In this document: one piece after another, positions 51,165-63,510 of the stretch | How the letters are laid out: each line of letters opens with the position of its first letter | Position numbering within the stretch: position 1 is the first letter of the stretch | Made by a program: the position numbers and the translations under genes | The notes under the pieces: generated by a model | What the model saw: only the letters and a program-made list of their open reading frames with translations | Databases searched by the model: none | Told to the model about the DNA's origin: nothing | Assembly (NCBI GenBank): GCA_964234715.1 | Contig: OZ174280.1 | Length of the DNA: 64,000 nt | Direction: 5' to 3' (one strand) | Origin: Podarcis melisellensis | Lineage: Eukaryota

Positions 51165-51208
<44 letters not shown>
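51165..51208 (+). repeat. (GTT)n microsatellite, tail of a short LINE/SINE 3' end starting ~51105
   Basis: Read directly. The upstream caccctgcgatc...gatgaa motif recurs at ~53760. Confidence 0.85.
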
Positions 51209-52247
51209 ATCAAACCTCCAATTTTACTGAGATTTATAATAGTTTTTAAATAGTTCAGAGCCAGTCCTTACTTTACCTATGGGGCAGTGGTGTGATGATG
51301 GGGGGAGCAATGGGTCCCATGTTGTCACATGCCTAAAGAAACGATCAAACTGTCAGTGTGTATTAAATTTAACACACAAACCCTCCAAAGAGGATATGTC
51401 TGAACTTACGAGTTACATGAAGTTCTGAAAGGTGCCACATCTAGGAAGCCTGCCAAAAGTTGTCAGACAAGTGACAGTGGCATTGTTCAGGATGTTCAAG
51501 ATTCTTTTCATATCATGACAAACAGATGACAATGTCATGTCACTGCTGTTAATGTGTAGTGCCTGCCAAGTGTGTTCTTAAAAGATAAAACTGGTGGGAA
51601 TAAGTTCTGGAGACCACAAGAGAATATACAACCAATCTGTAATGCTGTCGTGCATGTTTTGCAAGATGACAGTGGTTTCCCATGATGGTTCTGAATATGA
51701 ACCATTGAAATGGCAACTCACAAATAAGATTTGATGCAACAGACTCAGGGAAGCAATTTATGTACCTGGTAATATTTACTTTTGCTCTCTCTCCAATACA
51801 TCAGTGTAGGCTGGGCAATGGAATTTGTTGCAGTGTTTTGTCACTTGATCACAGCTTCCCTTCAGTGAGAAAGACTTTCCAAACAATGTTAGTTCCACAG
51901 TGCACACACACATTCTGAACCTGTGCATGGGCTGAACATGTTTTAAAACAGGGGTGGCCATCCTTTCTACTCTTGGATGGAGGAGTCTGGGAGTGTATTT
52001 TGAAGTCCAAACTGACCTTCTCATAGGTGGTCAGACTTCAGAATAATGTTGCCACCATGTAACAGCAAAAGTCTCACAATGATGAAGCATGTATGTTTGG
52101 ATCCTACCTACCAAACTCGAAGGATGATGCAACACTGAAGAATAGAATCTCATTTTTAGTGCTGTGCAAAAAATAATCCCCTACATTTCATGACCACTAT
52201 CCATCAGATAATGAGACAAAGAATTGCATTTGAAAATGATCAAAGGG

Positions 52248-52249
<2 letters not shown>

Positions 52250-52292
<43 letters not shown>
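52250..52292 (+). repeat. (GT)21 microsatellite
   Basis: Read directly from the sequence. Confidence 0.95.
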
Positions 52293-52293
<1 letters not shown>

Positions 52294-54347
52294 TCAAAGG
52301 GTGTCCTTTCATTCTACAAATAATTTTCCAGCAGTCTAACTTTTGTCAGTGGCCAGGCTTCCTCAAAAGCACATGATGTCCTCAGCTGAGCTTTCCTGTA
52401 AACATGGGAAGGTAGAGAGGCTGCCTGCTTAGTGCCTGATAGTTCATTATTATTATTTTAAAGTGAAGTATTTTTACTACTAAAATATATGGGGTTTATT
52501 GTTTGTTTTTAAAAAAACTGACAGGAAGAACTTCCTTTAAAAGTAAAATCGGTGTACCAAAGTGAGACACTCAGTAGCCAGCGTCCCTGGAATCCCACAC
52601 TTCATTTAAAGTTCAGACATCACAAAGTAACTCACTCCATGGGCCTTTTTTAGATTAGGATGCAATGGCACCTGGGGAGGCTGCAATGCACTGAAAAATG
52701 TTTAATAGAAAGCAAAATTTGCACCACCACTACCCTTTGTCTATGGCAGTGATAAGGTCAGTTCAACCCTGCCTCCACTGAAATTCTAATGGAATTGTAC
52801 AGTGCCCAAGAATGAGGCAGAAAAATGGTAACCTCTTTTGCAGGAGAAGAAAATATTATTAGAAATTAGATGACAGGTTTTGACATAGGACTGATCTCTC
52901 TTATATACAGTATTTTGAAAATCAATTTATTTTCCTTATAAGCAGAACTGTGGGCAAATTGCCACATCTTGTTTAAAAATTGGAAAGACCAGATCAACTT
53001 ACTTAAGAGCTCCAAAGGGAATTGGTGAGTTGATTGCATAGTCACATTGAACAATTTTAGCTCATCATTTTATAAAGTTTTTATTCTGCTGGTTTCACCT
53101 AGTGTCTGCAATATATTAGAATGCTGGTTTTAATTGTTTAATGCAAGTTGATTGCTGTGAGCTTCACTGTTCTCCCTTTGGAAAATAAAATTTGAAATAA
53201 TAAATCAATAAAAATTGACTTCCATTTCTCTTTCCAATAAAATACCTAACTTCTCCTGAAAATAAGATTCTGGTTGTTTAGCTACAGAAGATTATTATCT
53301 TCTACTCAGGAAATATTATCTTGACCACCTGGATTCCAGAAAATTCAGCACAATTCACCGTGGACTTTAGGAACCCAGTTTTGTCTAATCCAAGGATGGC
53401 TCTCCAGGTATTGTTGGACATCAGCTAAAATTATCAGTCCCAACAAGCATGGCCAGCTAATGGGGGAGAAACACTTTTGATATATTGCAGGAATAAGCAG
53501 ATGTTTTATACAAAATCTTGATTTTAGGCATCTGATATATACAGGCATGTGTCACTGAAAGAACAAAAATCCAGAGGAGGCTGATTTTCACTCATTCAAA
53601 GGAAGATATTTCTGCTGTGTTCAAAACTGTGTGTTATCTAACCAACCATGATTCTCAATTTTGCAGAAATGAGAATGTCCAAACATTATTCTGGTGCAGT
53701 TTCTTGAAATATTTGTTATATAGGGATGGACAAATCTTGTATGTAATTTACTGTTTTGAACCACCCTGCGATCGTCAGATGAAGGGTGGTATACAAATTT
53801 AATAAATAATTATAATAATTTAAGATTGAGACTTTGGTTTGAAATCTAGATCTTATTACAAAAACATATTTACTTACCTAATAACAGTGTCTCCCCTCCC
53901 CACCCCACAATGGCCAGTTCACTAAAACACAAACTTTTAAATTCAAATGTTAAATCTCTTAATTAAAAATTGGATTTTTTTTTTTTAATGAACAGAGAAA
54001 TCCTATAATCCAATTATGCCGGGAAGGAAGATATGTCACTGTTACGCTCATTCAATCATACATTTATGAGATTTATTTTTAAGATTTCTTACTCACTCTT
54101 CATCATAAGGTGCCAGGGCCAGCTACAACAATAGAATATAAAATTATATTAAAAACCATTACAATGATCAAACTCATAAAACTGTTTCAAATGGAGCAGA
54201 ACAGTATCTATTTACCAAAAGTGGTGAGACCCACAAAACAAAATACCTTCTATAGTCCCTTGCTCCATGAGCTGTCATCTGTGTTATGGTCTTCCTTTTC
54301 ATATACTGGTGGTGGTGTGCTTTGATTAGGTGTTCAGTAACAATATA

Positions 54348-54649
54348 GTGATGTATGGAAGTGAGAGCAGGACCATAAAGAAGGCTGATCGCTGAAGAAT
54401 TTATGCTTTTGAATTATGGTGCTATAGGAGACTCTTGAGAGTCCCATGGACTGCAAGAAGATCAAACCTATCCATTCTGAAGGAAATCAGCCCTGAGTGC
54501 TCACTGGAAGGACAGATCCTGAAGCTGAGGCTCCAGTACTTTGGCCACCTCATGAGAAGAGAAGAGGCAGCAGAAGACAGGAGTGCCTGTCATGCTCTGG
54601 TCCATGGGGTCATGAAGAGTTGGACATGACTAAATGACTAAACAACAAC
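54348..54649 (+). mobile_element. Bov-B 3' fragment with a ~120-bp internal deletion
   Basis: Reads ...HLMRREE|AAEDRS, skipping DSLEKTL...KLRE. TSD aacaatata. Confidence 0.92.
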
Positions 54650-54888
54650 AACAATATAACCTATGCTTTGACATGGCAATATGGGAGGGGCAATTGCCAA
54701 TATGGGAATGGCTATTTATTTTAATTTCTCCCCCCCAACCATTGAAGTAAATCATAGAGGAATTATTTGTTCCAGGTCTGGTGTAAATTTGTACCATCAC
54801 TGGGCACTGAGAGTGGAAGAGATATGGGATGTAACCTAAGTGTGGTCTTTCTTTGTGCTGCCCCTATGCTGCCTACAACTCCATGGCC

Positions 54889-55196
54889 TATAGAGTCATA
54901 GAGTTGGAAGGGATTCCCAAGGAGCATCTAGTTCAAAACCTTGTGATGCAAAAATTTCAGCTAGATCATACATCACAGATGATCTTCCAACCTCTGCTTA
55001 AAATCCTCCAAGGAAGGAGAGTCCACCACCTCTCGTGGGAGCCTGTTCCACTGTCAAACAGCTCTTACTGTCAGAAAGTTATTCCCGATGTTTAGTTGGA
55101 ATCTCCTTCCTTGAAGCCATTGGATCTGATCCTACCCTCTGGAGCAGGAGAAAACAAATTTGCTCCATCTTCCACGTGACGACCCTTTAGCTGTTC
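54889..55196 (-). mobile_element. CR1 LINE 3' fragment
   Basis: Reverse complement of the CR1 end (tatagagtcatagagttggaaggga...ctcttactgtcagaaag). Confidence 0.88.
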
Positions 55197-57529
55197 CCCT
55201 GGCATATCTTCAGTGGTGGAGCAGGTCTACTGGTGGAGTATTCTGCTATCCTATCTATCGTGGTGGAGACATGTCTCACATTCTACTGCTGCAGTGGGCC
55301 TTTCACTAAATCCACCAGCATAACCCCCAAGTATAGCATTGTGCCATGAGATTTCGACATGTAAATATTTACTTGGCATAAATGTATACTAAAGTTACTT
55401 AGTCTCCTTATATGATGGAATGCTCCTTTCCTCTTCACACACGTCCTTGACCCTCAAAATCTGCTGTGGGGTTTTCCCCAATCCTTCAGAGCATATTTGG
55501 GGAGCCAGAAGTACAAGAGGTAAGGAGAAGGATGGGAAGTTCTATTGTATAAGTCAAAGTCATTCCACTCATGCAACGATTTCATTAAATTCAACCCTGA
55601 AATCTGTTTCCCTTTCTAGTAAGAAAAGGTTTAGTGCTCTCCTACAGGCCAGTGCTAAGCAATATACTGCACTACTTAACCTCTGCATGTTAAGACATAT
55701 TTAGGCATTTCAGTATGTCCAAGATTCTCCATATTAGATTAATAAAGATGGGATGTGCCTTGCTACACTTTTATTTGTTAGTGTGCTTGCAATTACTCCT
55801 GGTTCTCCAAGGACATGGCCTGATAGATGATGTTGCAGGGAAACAAAATACAAGTTTTGTTATTCTCAGCACCTTTTTGCATCTTAATGAGCCTGAGAAG
55901 AGAAAGGAGGGTGGGGGAGGGAGAGGCAGGGAAGAAAAGAGACAAAGTGAGAAGGTTAAGCTGAAACCAGAGTGCTCCAGGTTTGCCTCTAGGCCGCTCA
56001 TCAGGAACCTAAGCCCATAACAATTATATTGTTTGTTACTGAAATAATGAAAGGGAGTAATTAGAGTGATGCTGTTAAAATTACCTGCTCTTTGTAATAT
56101 ATGCTTCCTAAATTAGTTTGGCAAGTGTGCTTTGTAATAGTCCGTATGAAACAAAAAACAAAAAATGTATAGAACAACACAAACTAAAGTGTGGCAATTA
56201 GGCATCCAAGCCACCATGTTGACAGCTTTTTAGAGGTGCTTTCATTTTTAATTTTAAAATAGCCAGGTCCCACTGAGAACAATATCTGTGCACTGTGGTT
56301 TTGTTGAATAGGATGGTGTGCTGTTAGCAATTAATTATAAAAAAACCTACATAAAACTTTGCTCCACTTGCAGGGATTCAATAGTCATAACTGTCACCTT
56401 TAAGTGTAGCCCTTTCTGTAATTAACCAAGGCGTCAGCTGAATAATTGTCATAGATCAACCAAAAGCTTGAATTCCTCCTATAGTGTTGGTTGTGCTCCC
56501 TTTAAAATGTGGTACAAAAAGTTCCACTGCAAGAACAGAGGAAAGGGCCGTGGGTCAGTGACAGAGCATGTAATTCATATGCAAAAGGTCCTGGGTTCAA
56601 TCCTCAGGATCTCCAAAGAACCCTGATGAGTCACTGCAAGTCAAAACCAAGGGTAGAGAATCCCTGGTCTTTCAGATACCTGCTCCTATGAGCACCACCC
56701 AGCATGGCCGATGTTGAGTGTTGATGAGAGTTCTGGCCCAACATCGTATGCAGGATGTCCATTTCCTCATTGGTGATGTAGACAATTCCATCTTCATATT
56801 CAGTGAAATTGCAAAGTCTTGCTGACTTCACCCACCCTGCATAAGGAGCTCTTCAAACTTGCCCTAGGAAGTGGTGAATGACTATTCAAAACAGGGATGT
56901 CATGAATGTCACTCAGTGGTGGTCTGTGAGGAGGAACCATGGCGCCCCAACACTGGCACCACTGCAGCTGAGGTGAGGGCTTCATGGGTGCACCAGATCA
57001 GGAGCAGCTGCTTACCTCCACCAGTTTCCTCACAAAGCCCCATTCTCATCATCTCCTTGTACTGCAGCACACCATTCCAGGTAAGCTGCATTGCTGGAAA
57101 AGCATCTCTGTGGTTCCACCCCAACTCTGCAGGCTGCTGCTGATCTGACTGAAACACTTTCAGTATTTCTCAGCTATTTTGCCCAAGTAGAGGCCTCCAA
57201 ATGAACAATGACTTTCAATTCCCTTGCAACCGAGGCAATGTGATAGTCTTATTGAAACTCTAGTTTCCCTGACAATTATTCAGCAGAATCCTCTAAAATT
57301 CAGCAGGAACCTCTTTTTTTTAAAAAAAAAAAAAGATGGAAGGCAGAGACAACTATAGCCCTGAACACTGCTGAGTCTGGCTCAGTGCTTGCTGTCCACT
57401 GACCAGTTTGGGATATTTGAAGTGCAGTCAAACCAACAATTTGTATTTTGCTAGATAGGTGCATGAGAGGAGCTGAAGCTCACAGAGCTTTTCTGTAAAC
57501 TTGCTGGAGAGAACTCTGTGAGAGATATT

Positions 57530-58047
57530 CATAGCTGTCAACAGATTTGAAAATAAGAGACGAGCAGCCTCGAAAATAAGGGATCAGTAACCAAAATAAG
57601 GGATTTTCCGGCCACAGGTATGTTCAACTTCTGAGCCCCTCCGAGCCAAAGGCAGAAAGCCCAGCCAGCAGCCAAACCAAGCCTTAAGCGGTGGTTGCCA
57701 TAGCACAGCAACCCAGCAAAGGGGATGCAGCAAGGAAAACCACCGTCACCTCTCCGCTGGGAAGCGCTGAGCAAAGGTGAGTCCCCAGGCAATGCGGCCG
57801 ATTTGATCAGCACAAGGCATGCAAGCTCCACCCCCCAGTCGTTCTTAGACTCCTTATTGGGTGAGCAACGCAGCCAAGCAATACAGTTGGAGCCTCCCTC
57901 CTCCCTGGCCAGCAGGCAGGGAGGGAGAGGAGCTGCTTCCTTTGAAACCCGGGAAATTTAAGGGACATCATCAATAAGGGACAGCAGCGGGACACAGCGC
58001 TGGGATAAGGGTGTTTTCTGCCAAATAAGGGATGGTTGACAGCTATG
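57530..58047. mobile_element. 518-bp non-autonomous hAT element
   Basis: Perfect 13-bp TIR catagctgtcaac, 8-bp TSD gagatatt/gagatact, repeated subterminal AATAAGGGA motifs. Confidence 0.9.
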
Positions 58048-58743
58048 GAGATACTCCCACTGTGCCCCAAAACAGGGCACATATATAGAGGCATAGCTAT
58101 ATATTTTTCCACCTGCCTGGGCACTCCCTCTTTCTCTTTCCATCTCTTTCCACCCTGTCAGCAATGTAAGAACACATGCTAAGTCTTAGCTCCATGTTCA
58201 GACTACATTTTAAGCTTGACTTACATATGTCTTTGTAACTGAATTACTATTTTAAGCCTGCCTGAGCAAAGCAGTTGCATCTGTTGCTCTTCAACAAGTA
58301 TCCTTTTACAAGACTGTTTGTGTGACTGTTAGTTTAATGGGTAGAAAAGAGAGAAATACCAGAAAAATCCAGTCTGCCTTAAAACATCCTGGGTTACTTA
58401 AGCTTAAAGGCTAAAACTACCCTATCTAAGCTTCCTTTCAAGCTGCAAAGGGATAGCGTTCTGCTGAAGTCATAAGTGCGAGAAAGGAAGGATAATAGCT
58501 TATAAATATATCCTCTCACAGCTTCTATTCACATCCCAAAAGCTAGCACCTCAGGGTTAGGCATAGCAAAGAGTAATGGGGGGACTGTTCCCTTTCCAGG
58601 CAGCTCAACTGTAGGCAAAATCCTGTCACCACCAAAGTAAATGATGGTGGTATTAAACAAAATATTTGTGCTATTGTGAGGAATAATGCTAGTTCATTGG
58701 GTTTCTGCCCTCCTCCTCTTCACCTTGCACCATCCTCATATCT

Positions 58744-59475
58744 GTTGCGTGGCAAGTCCCCTCCCCCATGAGAAATGAAGACACTGGACACATTATTTAA
58801 GGTTAATGGGCATAAAAAGGTCACAACTTTATTGATTACAGAATTGAAAGGTATTGGCCTTAGGCATTGGCTCCTATCGACTACCCGGCATGGAGACCGG
58901 GAAGGGTTGTCCACAAGCCGTGGAAGTCCTGTTGAAGTACGCCAACTAGGATCCCATGGGTGTCACCGCTCGGGGGCGTGCCGGGGGCCCTTACCTCCCT
59001 AGGTTTCGGACAAGGCAACGCCCCCCGGAGTCCTCTACCGGACTACCCTTTCCATTGGGGAAGGTGATGGCGCTTCCTTCCCCCCATTCATTTGCATAAC
59101 AGTTAACCCCTGCCAATGCCTAACCGCCAATACCGTGGAAGTTGTGATGTTTGCTACAAGGCAGGCGAAAAAACCAAAAGGCACGAAGTGTGCCAAATTG
59201 GAAAAATTCCTACCAGGCCCCTTGCGGCAACCAACCGAAGTCCATAGCAAGGTCATAGCTAGCTAATCCTAAAGGGTGGGTGGGATGGGAAAACCACTCA
59301 GCTGGGAAGGGGAAAGAGGGCGGTCTCCGGGCGTGCCTGGCCTCAAATGGGCTAGGCCCTGCCTCCCCAGCCCGCCAATTGGCGGACGGGGTGGAAGGCA
59401 CGCCCGGGGATTCCCTGTTCACGCGGGGGCAAGGTCCCGCCCCCGCGTATGTGGGAGGAGGGTTTTGCCCGCAAC
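58744..59475 (-). mobile_element. CpG-rich ~730-bp element with inverted termini; diverged relative of 48559-49358
   Basis: gttgcgtggcaagtcccctcccc / gggaggagggttttgcccgcaac termini. Shares cacaactttatt, ggcattgg, aagttgtga, tttgctac and aagggtgggt motifs in the same order. Confidence 0.6.
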
Positions 59476-60235
59476 CCCCTCTCCTCCCAGGGCGGAAAAG
59501 GCTCTCTGATGGCTTGTGGGAAACCCCAGAAGAGATTCAGGGGGCACAAAGACAGAGGAAAGAGAGTGAATGTTCTATTGTGCAAGGAGAAATCCTTCCG
59601 CTGATGGAACACTCTCCTTAGCAGTACATAAAACACAACCCAATATGTGCACAAAACTCAATGTTGCCAAGACTTTCTCCTTGACCAACATTGTATTTAC
59701 TTGTTTATTTTGGCAACCGTGCTGCCATTTCAAGGGCAGACAGTGGAAAGAAGGGCTGCTGTATTCTATTCTTAGCTCTGCCTTCTGCTGGCTACGTGAC
59801 CTTGGGCAAGTCACTTAGCATACTTCTAACTGATGTTTACCCATTTATAGGCATTACTTACCACCCTCTTCTGTTTAACCTTTAATCCATGCCTTAAATC
59901 AATAGTTTCAAAACATTAGGCTCTTAATTCAGATCGCTCTTATTTTCCTTTGTAAGCTAAAGCATTGTGTGATTTGTTTTCTTTATGTCGCAAAGCCTTG
60001 GAAACCATTGTGTTGCTGAACAGCTTTGCCGGTACTGTAAAAAAGGAAGGAAGGAAAGGAGGCCAGACTCTGTGGAAATCAATGTGGCCCTCCTACGCCC
60101 CACTTAAAATGGGGACAGAGGATAATCAAGGAATATTGCTTCTACTGCATCATCACTGCTGCCACCCAGGTAACTAAGGAGCAAGGCAAGGAGGGATTGC
60201 TTGCTGGATGGCAGGGATGAACCCCTACTATGAAC

Positions 60236-60476
60236 CAGTGGTGGAGCTTCATGCTCCAGCCCCGGGGGGGTGGAGAGCAGGCATGGCATGGCTGGTGCAT
60301 ATCCCAAGGGCGTGGCGACCACCCGCAGGGGTGTGGCATGCATCCTGGGGGTGTGGTGCACTGCCTGCGGGGGCGTGGTGCCCAGCTCAGGCAGGGGGCA
60401 GCTGTGATGGCACCCCACTGGGATCACGCTGCTGGGGGTGTTGTGCTCCCCCTGCCCCCATCTTCCTCCGCCAGTG
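60236..60476. mobile_element. hAT-type MITE with GC-rich (ggcgtggc-like) internal repeats
   Basis: TIRs cagtggtggag / ctccgccagtg. Perfect 8-bp TSD ctatgaac. Confidence 0.88.
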
Positions 60477-61266
60477 CTATGAACCAGGTCCAAATTCAGA
60501 GGGTCCACCTTCAGCTAGTGGTATGCTGAGAATTTTCTAAACTGAGATGGGATTATATTTCAATTCTTCCTTAGTTCCACATCTGCCTTCAGTATAAAGC
60601 TAGAATGGTACAGCAATCGAAACATCCTTGGGCTGGGCTGAAAAGCAGCGGGTGATGATGTCGCACCACCCAGCCTCCACCAACATCTCCCTATATAGTG
60701 AAAGCAGTATGCATTTGTGAGCAGGCAGAAATGCCACTGGTGGGATCCTTGCTGGCAAAAGCCAGCAAAACACCCCAGAATGGACTGGCACAGTGTTCAA
60801 TATACCCTCACCTTCTGCCCTAACTGGCATTACCCCCCCACCCTGTTAAGTTTAGCTGGCAGTGGCTGGGGTTAGCACTGAACTCTAAACAAGAAATAAA
60901 ACTAAGGTCAAAGGCTTTAGTCATCATCTTGGTGCTTTAAAGGGATAGTTTTTTTCCCCTTTAAAAAGAAAAGTGAAGTCAATAACATGCATTTTTAAAG
61001 TTTGTTCAACAGAGAACCATTAGCACAAATGCTACTGTACCAGAGCAGGCATCCTGGAGGCAAATCTATAGCTAACATTATACCAGGTCATGACAAGTAA
61101 GCATTGGTGTCCTTCTGTCAAGGTCCTTTCTGACAAAGGAAGCATATTCCATCATGAATGGCCTTGTTGTTTGATGGTGGGCCATTTCTAATGTGCATCT
61201 AAGAACAGGTTCACATATTCATTATGTTAATGAAAATACAGAAGCATTTCACACAGGTAAATATAA

Positions 61267-61533
61267 CAGTCCCTCCAGGTGTCCCTATTTTCCAAAGACA
61301 GTCCTGGATTTACAGAAGTCGGCCCATTTTCTGATTTGATCCCAGAATGTCCCACTTTTCCTTATGATGTTCCTATTTTCATTGGAGAAATGTTGGAGGG
61401 TATGGAGTTATCCAACCCCCGAGCCATTTGAAGGCTGTATAGGGAAGGTTTTTTTTAAGTTTAGTGTTTTACTATGTTTTTATATATGTTAGAAGCGGCT
61501 GGGGTAACCCAGTTAGATGGGCAGGGTATAAAT
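61267..61533 (+). mobile_element. hAT-like MITE (61267-61404) joined to an L2-like 3' tail
   Basis: cagtccctccagg / tgttggagggtatg termini, then ...ggggtaacccagttagatgggcagggtataaata. Confidence 0.6.
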
Positions 61534-61616
61534 AGCACAAAACTGCCGTCAGAGTTTTAGCCACTTTTGGAGTTGTTGCGATTGTATGTTGTTGTTGTTG
61601 TTGCTGCTGCTGCTGC

Positions 61617-62848
61617 TTTTTATTGGGTTTTATAAACAAGAATAATGTTATAGAAACAAGTATACCAAGTTTCCGTTTTTATTAGTTTTTTAACATATCA
61701 TTTTCAACAGTAATTAAACATACTTTTACATCTTATTCAAATTTTTTTGAGTTCCATCAATCCTGTCTGAAAATTTTCCAATCTAATCTCTTAGTATGCA
61801 TTTCTTATCTTCCCTATTACATTTCCCTATTACATATCTTTTTCTGCTTTGTAACACTTCGTATATTTCTCCTTACAAAACTTATTGTAGTCCTAGTAGT
61901 GTAATTTGTTGATTACAGTTGCTTTTCAAATAATTCATATACTTCTTTCAGTCTTCTGTAAATCTCTGGTCCTGCAGGTTTCGAATCCTTCCTATAATTT
62001 TGTTCCATTCTGCATAGTCCATTAATTTCATCTGCCATTCTTCTTTCATCGGAATTTCTTCCTGTTTCCATTTCTGAGCTAACAATACTCTTGCCGCAGT
62101 TGTTGCTTATAAAAACAATTTAACATCTTGCCTATTAATGTCCTGACCTATAATACCAAGTAAAAATGCTTCTAGTTGTTTTTTTAAAATGTATATTTCA
62201 ATATCTTTTTCATCTCATTATATATCATTTCCCAGAAGTTCTTTACTTTTTTACATTCCCACCGCATATGATAAAACGTTCCTTCTTTTTCTTTACATTT
62301 CCAACATTTATTATTTGTCGTATACATTTTAGCTAACTTCACTGGTGTCTTATACCACCTATACATCATTTTCATCATATTCTCTTTCAAAGCATTACAG
62401 GCTGTAAATTTTATCCTTTCATTCCACAACCTTTCCCATTCTTCAAGCTGTATATTATATCCAAAATCTTTTGCCCAATGCATCATTACCGATTTTACTT
62501 CCTCATCTTTCAGATGCCATTCCAACAGTATTTTATACATTTTAGACATTATTTTACATTCATTGTTTAAGATTTCTATTTCAAATTTGGATTTTTTTAT
62601 CATCAAATCCTTTTTCCTTTAAATCCCCTTTATACATTTCATTCACTTGGCGGTAGTGCAACCAATCATTTACATATTCTTTAACCTCTTCATATGGTTT
62701 CATTTTCCATTTATTTCCTCCCCCCCAAACAATTTCTCATAGGTAACCCGATTTTTACTCATATTTATCTTTTTCATACTCATAGCTTCCAATGGAGATA
62801 ACCACCAAGATGCTTTACGTTCTAATAAGTTTTTATACCTGTTCCATT
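61617..62848 (-). mobile_element. L1-clade LINE, 5'-truncated (ORF2 C-terminus with zinc-knuckle region, plus 3'UTR)
   Basis: ORF 62184-62606: LKENMMKMMYRWYKTP...KCWKCKEKEGTFYHMRWECKKVKNFW. A-rich 3' end near 61620. Confidence 0.92.
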
Positions 62849-62859
62849 CTGCATAAGTA

Positions 62860-63510
62860 TACCAAGTTTTCTCATGTCATTTGTATATCACAAAAATAGC
62901 ATGATAAATGTGGAAGAATATCTACAACATATGTTTCATTATTAGCGGTCAATGTAAAAGTTCTTGGTTTTTGAATTGGTTTAAACAATTAGGAGGAAGA
63001 AGAGAGAGAAAAGAAAAGGGGAAAGGGGGAGTGGGAGTGGCGAGTGGGGTGGGGTCAGATGGTTATGCTTCTATTATTCTACTCAGTGTGTGTGAGGGGT
63101 TGTTTCAGTGTTACTTGTATGGGTTCTCTTACCATTCACTTGTTGTATTTCCTTGGTGGTGAGGGAGATTGGGTGTGGCCTAGGGTGTGGTTGGTTGTCT
63201 TTGGTTGGCTGTAGTGAGAATTGTTTTTGTGTGTGAGTGGGGTGTGAGTGTGTATTTTTGAATCAGGTTAGCCAGATTGATTTGTATGCTGTCGGGGGAT
63301 TCTTGTCATTATCTTGTTGGGCTGTGAATGTGATAAAGGGGAACCAAACTGGGGTGAAGGCGTCTTCTTCTATTTGTCCCTGTGTCAGTTTCAGTTTATT
63401 GGCTAGTTTTTTCTAATAAGGCTGTTTCCTATACTATTTGATACCATTGGTCCATGCTTACTCCTGACAGGTTTCTCCAGTGTCTGGCTATGATGTTTCT
63501 CGCATTGTGA
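62860..63510 (-). mobile_element. 3' end of a second L1-clade family
   Basis: Minus strand ARNIIARHWRNLSGVSMDQWYQIV*ETALLEKLANKLK...DAFTPVWFPF, followed by a C-rich 3'UTR. Confidence 0.75.
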
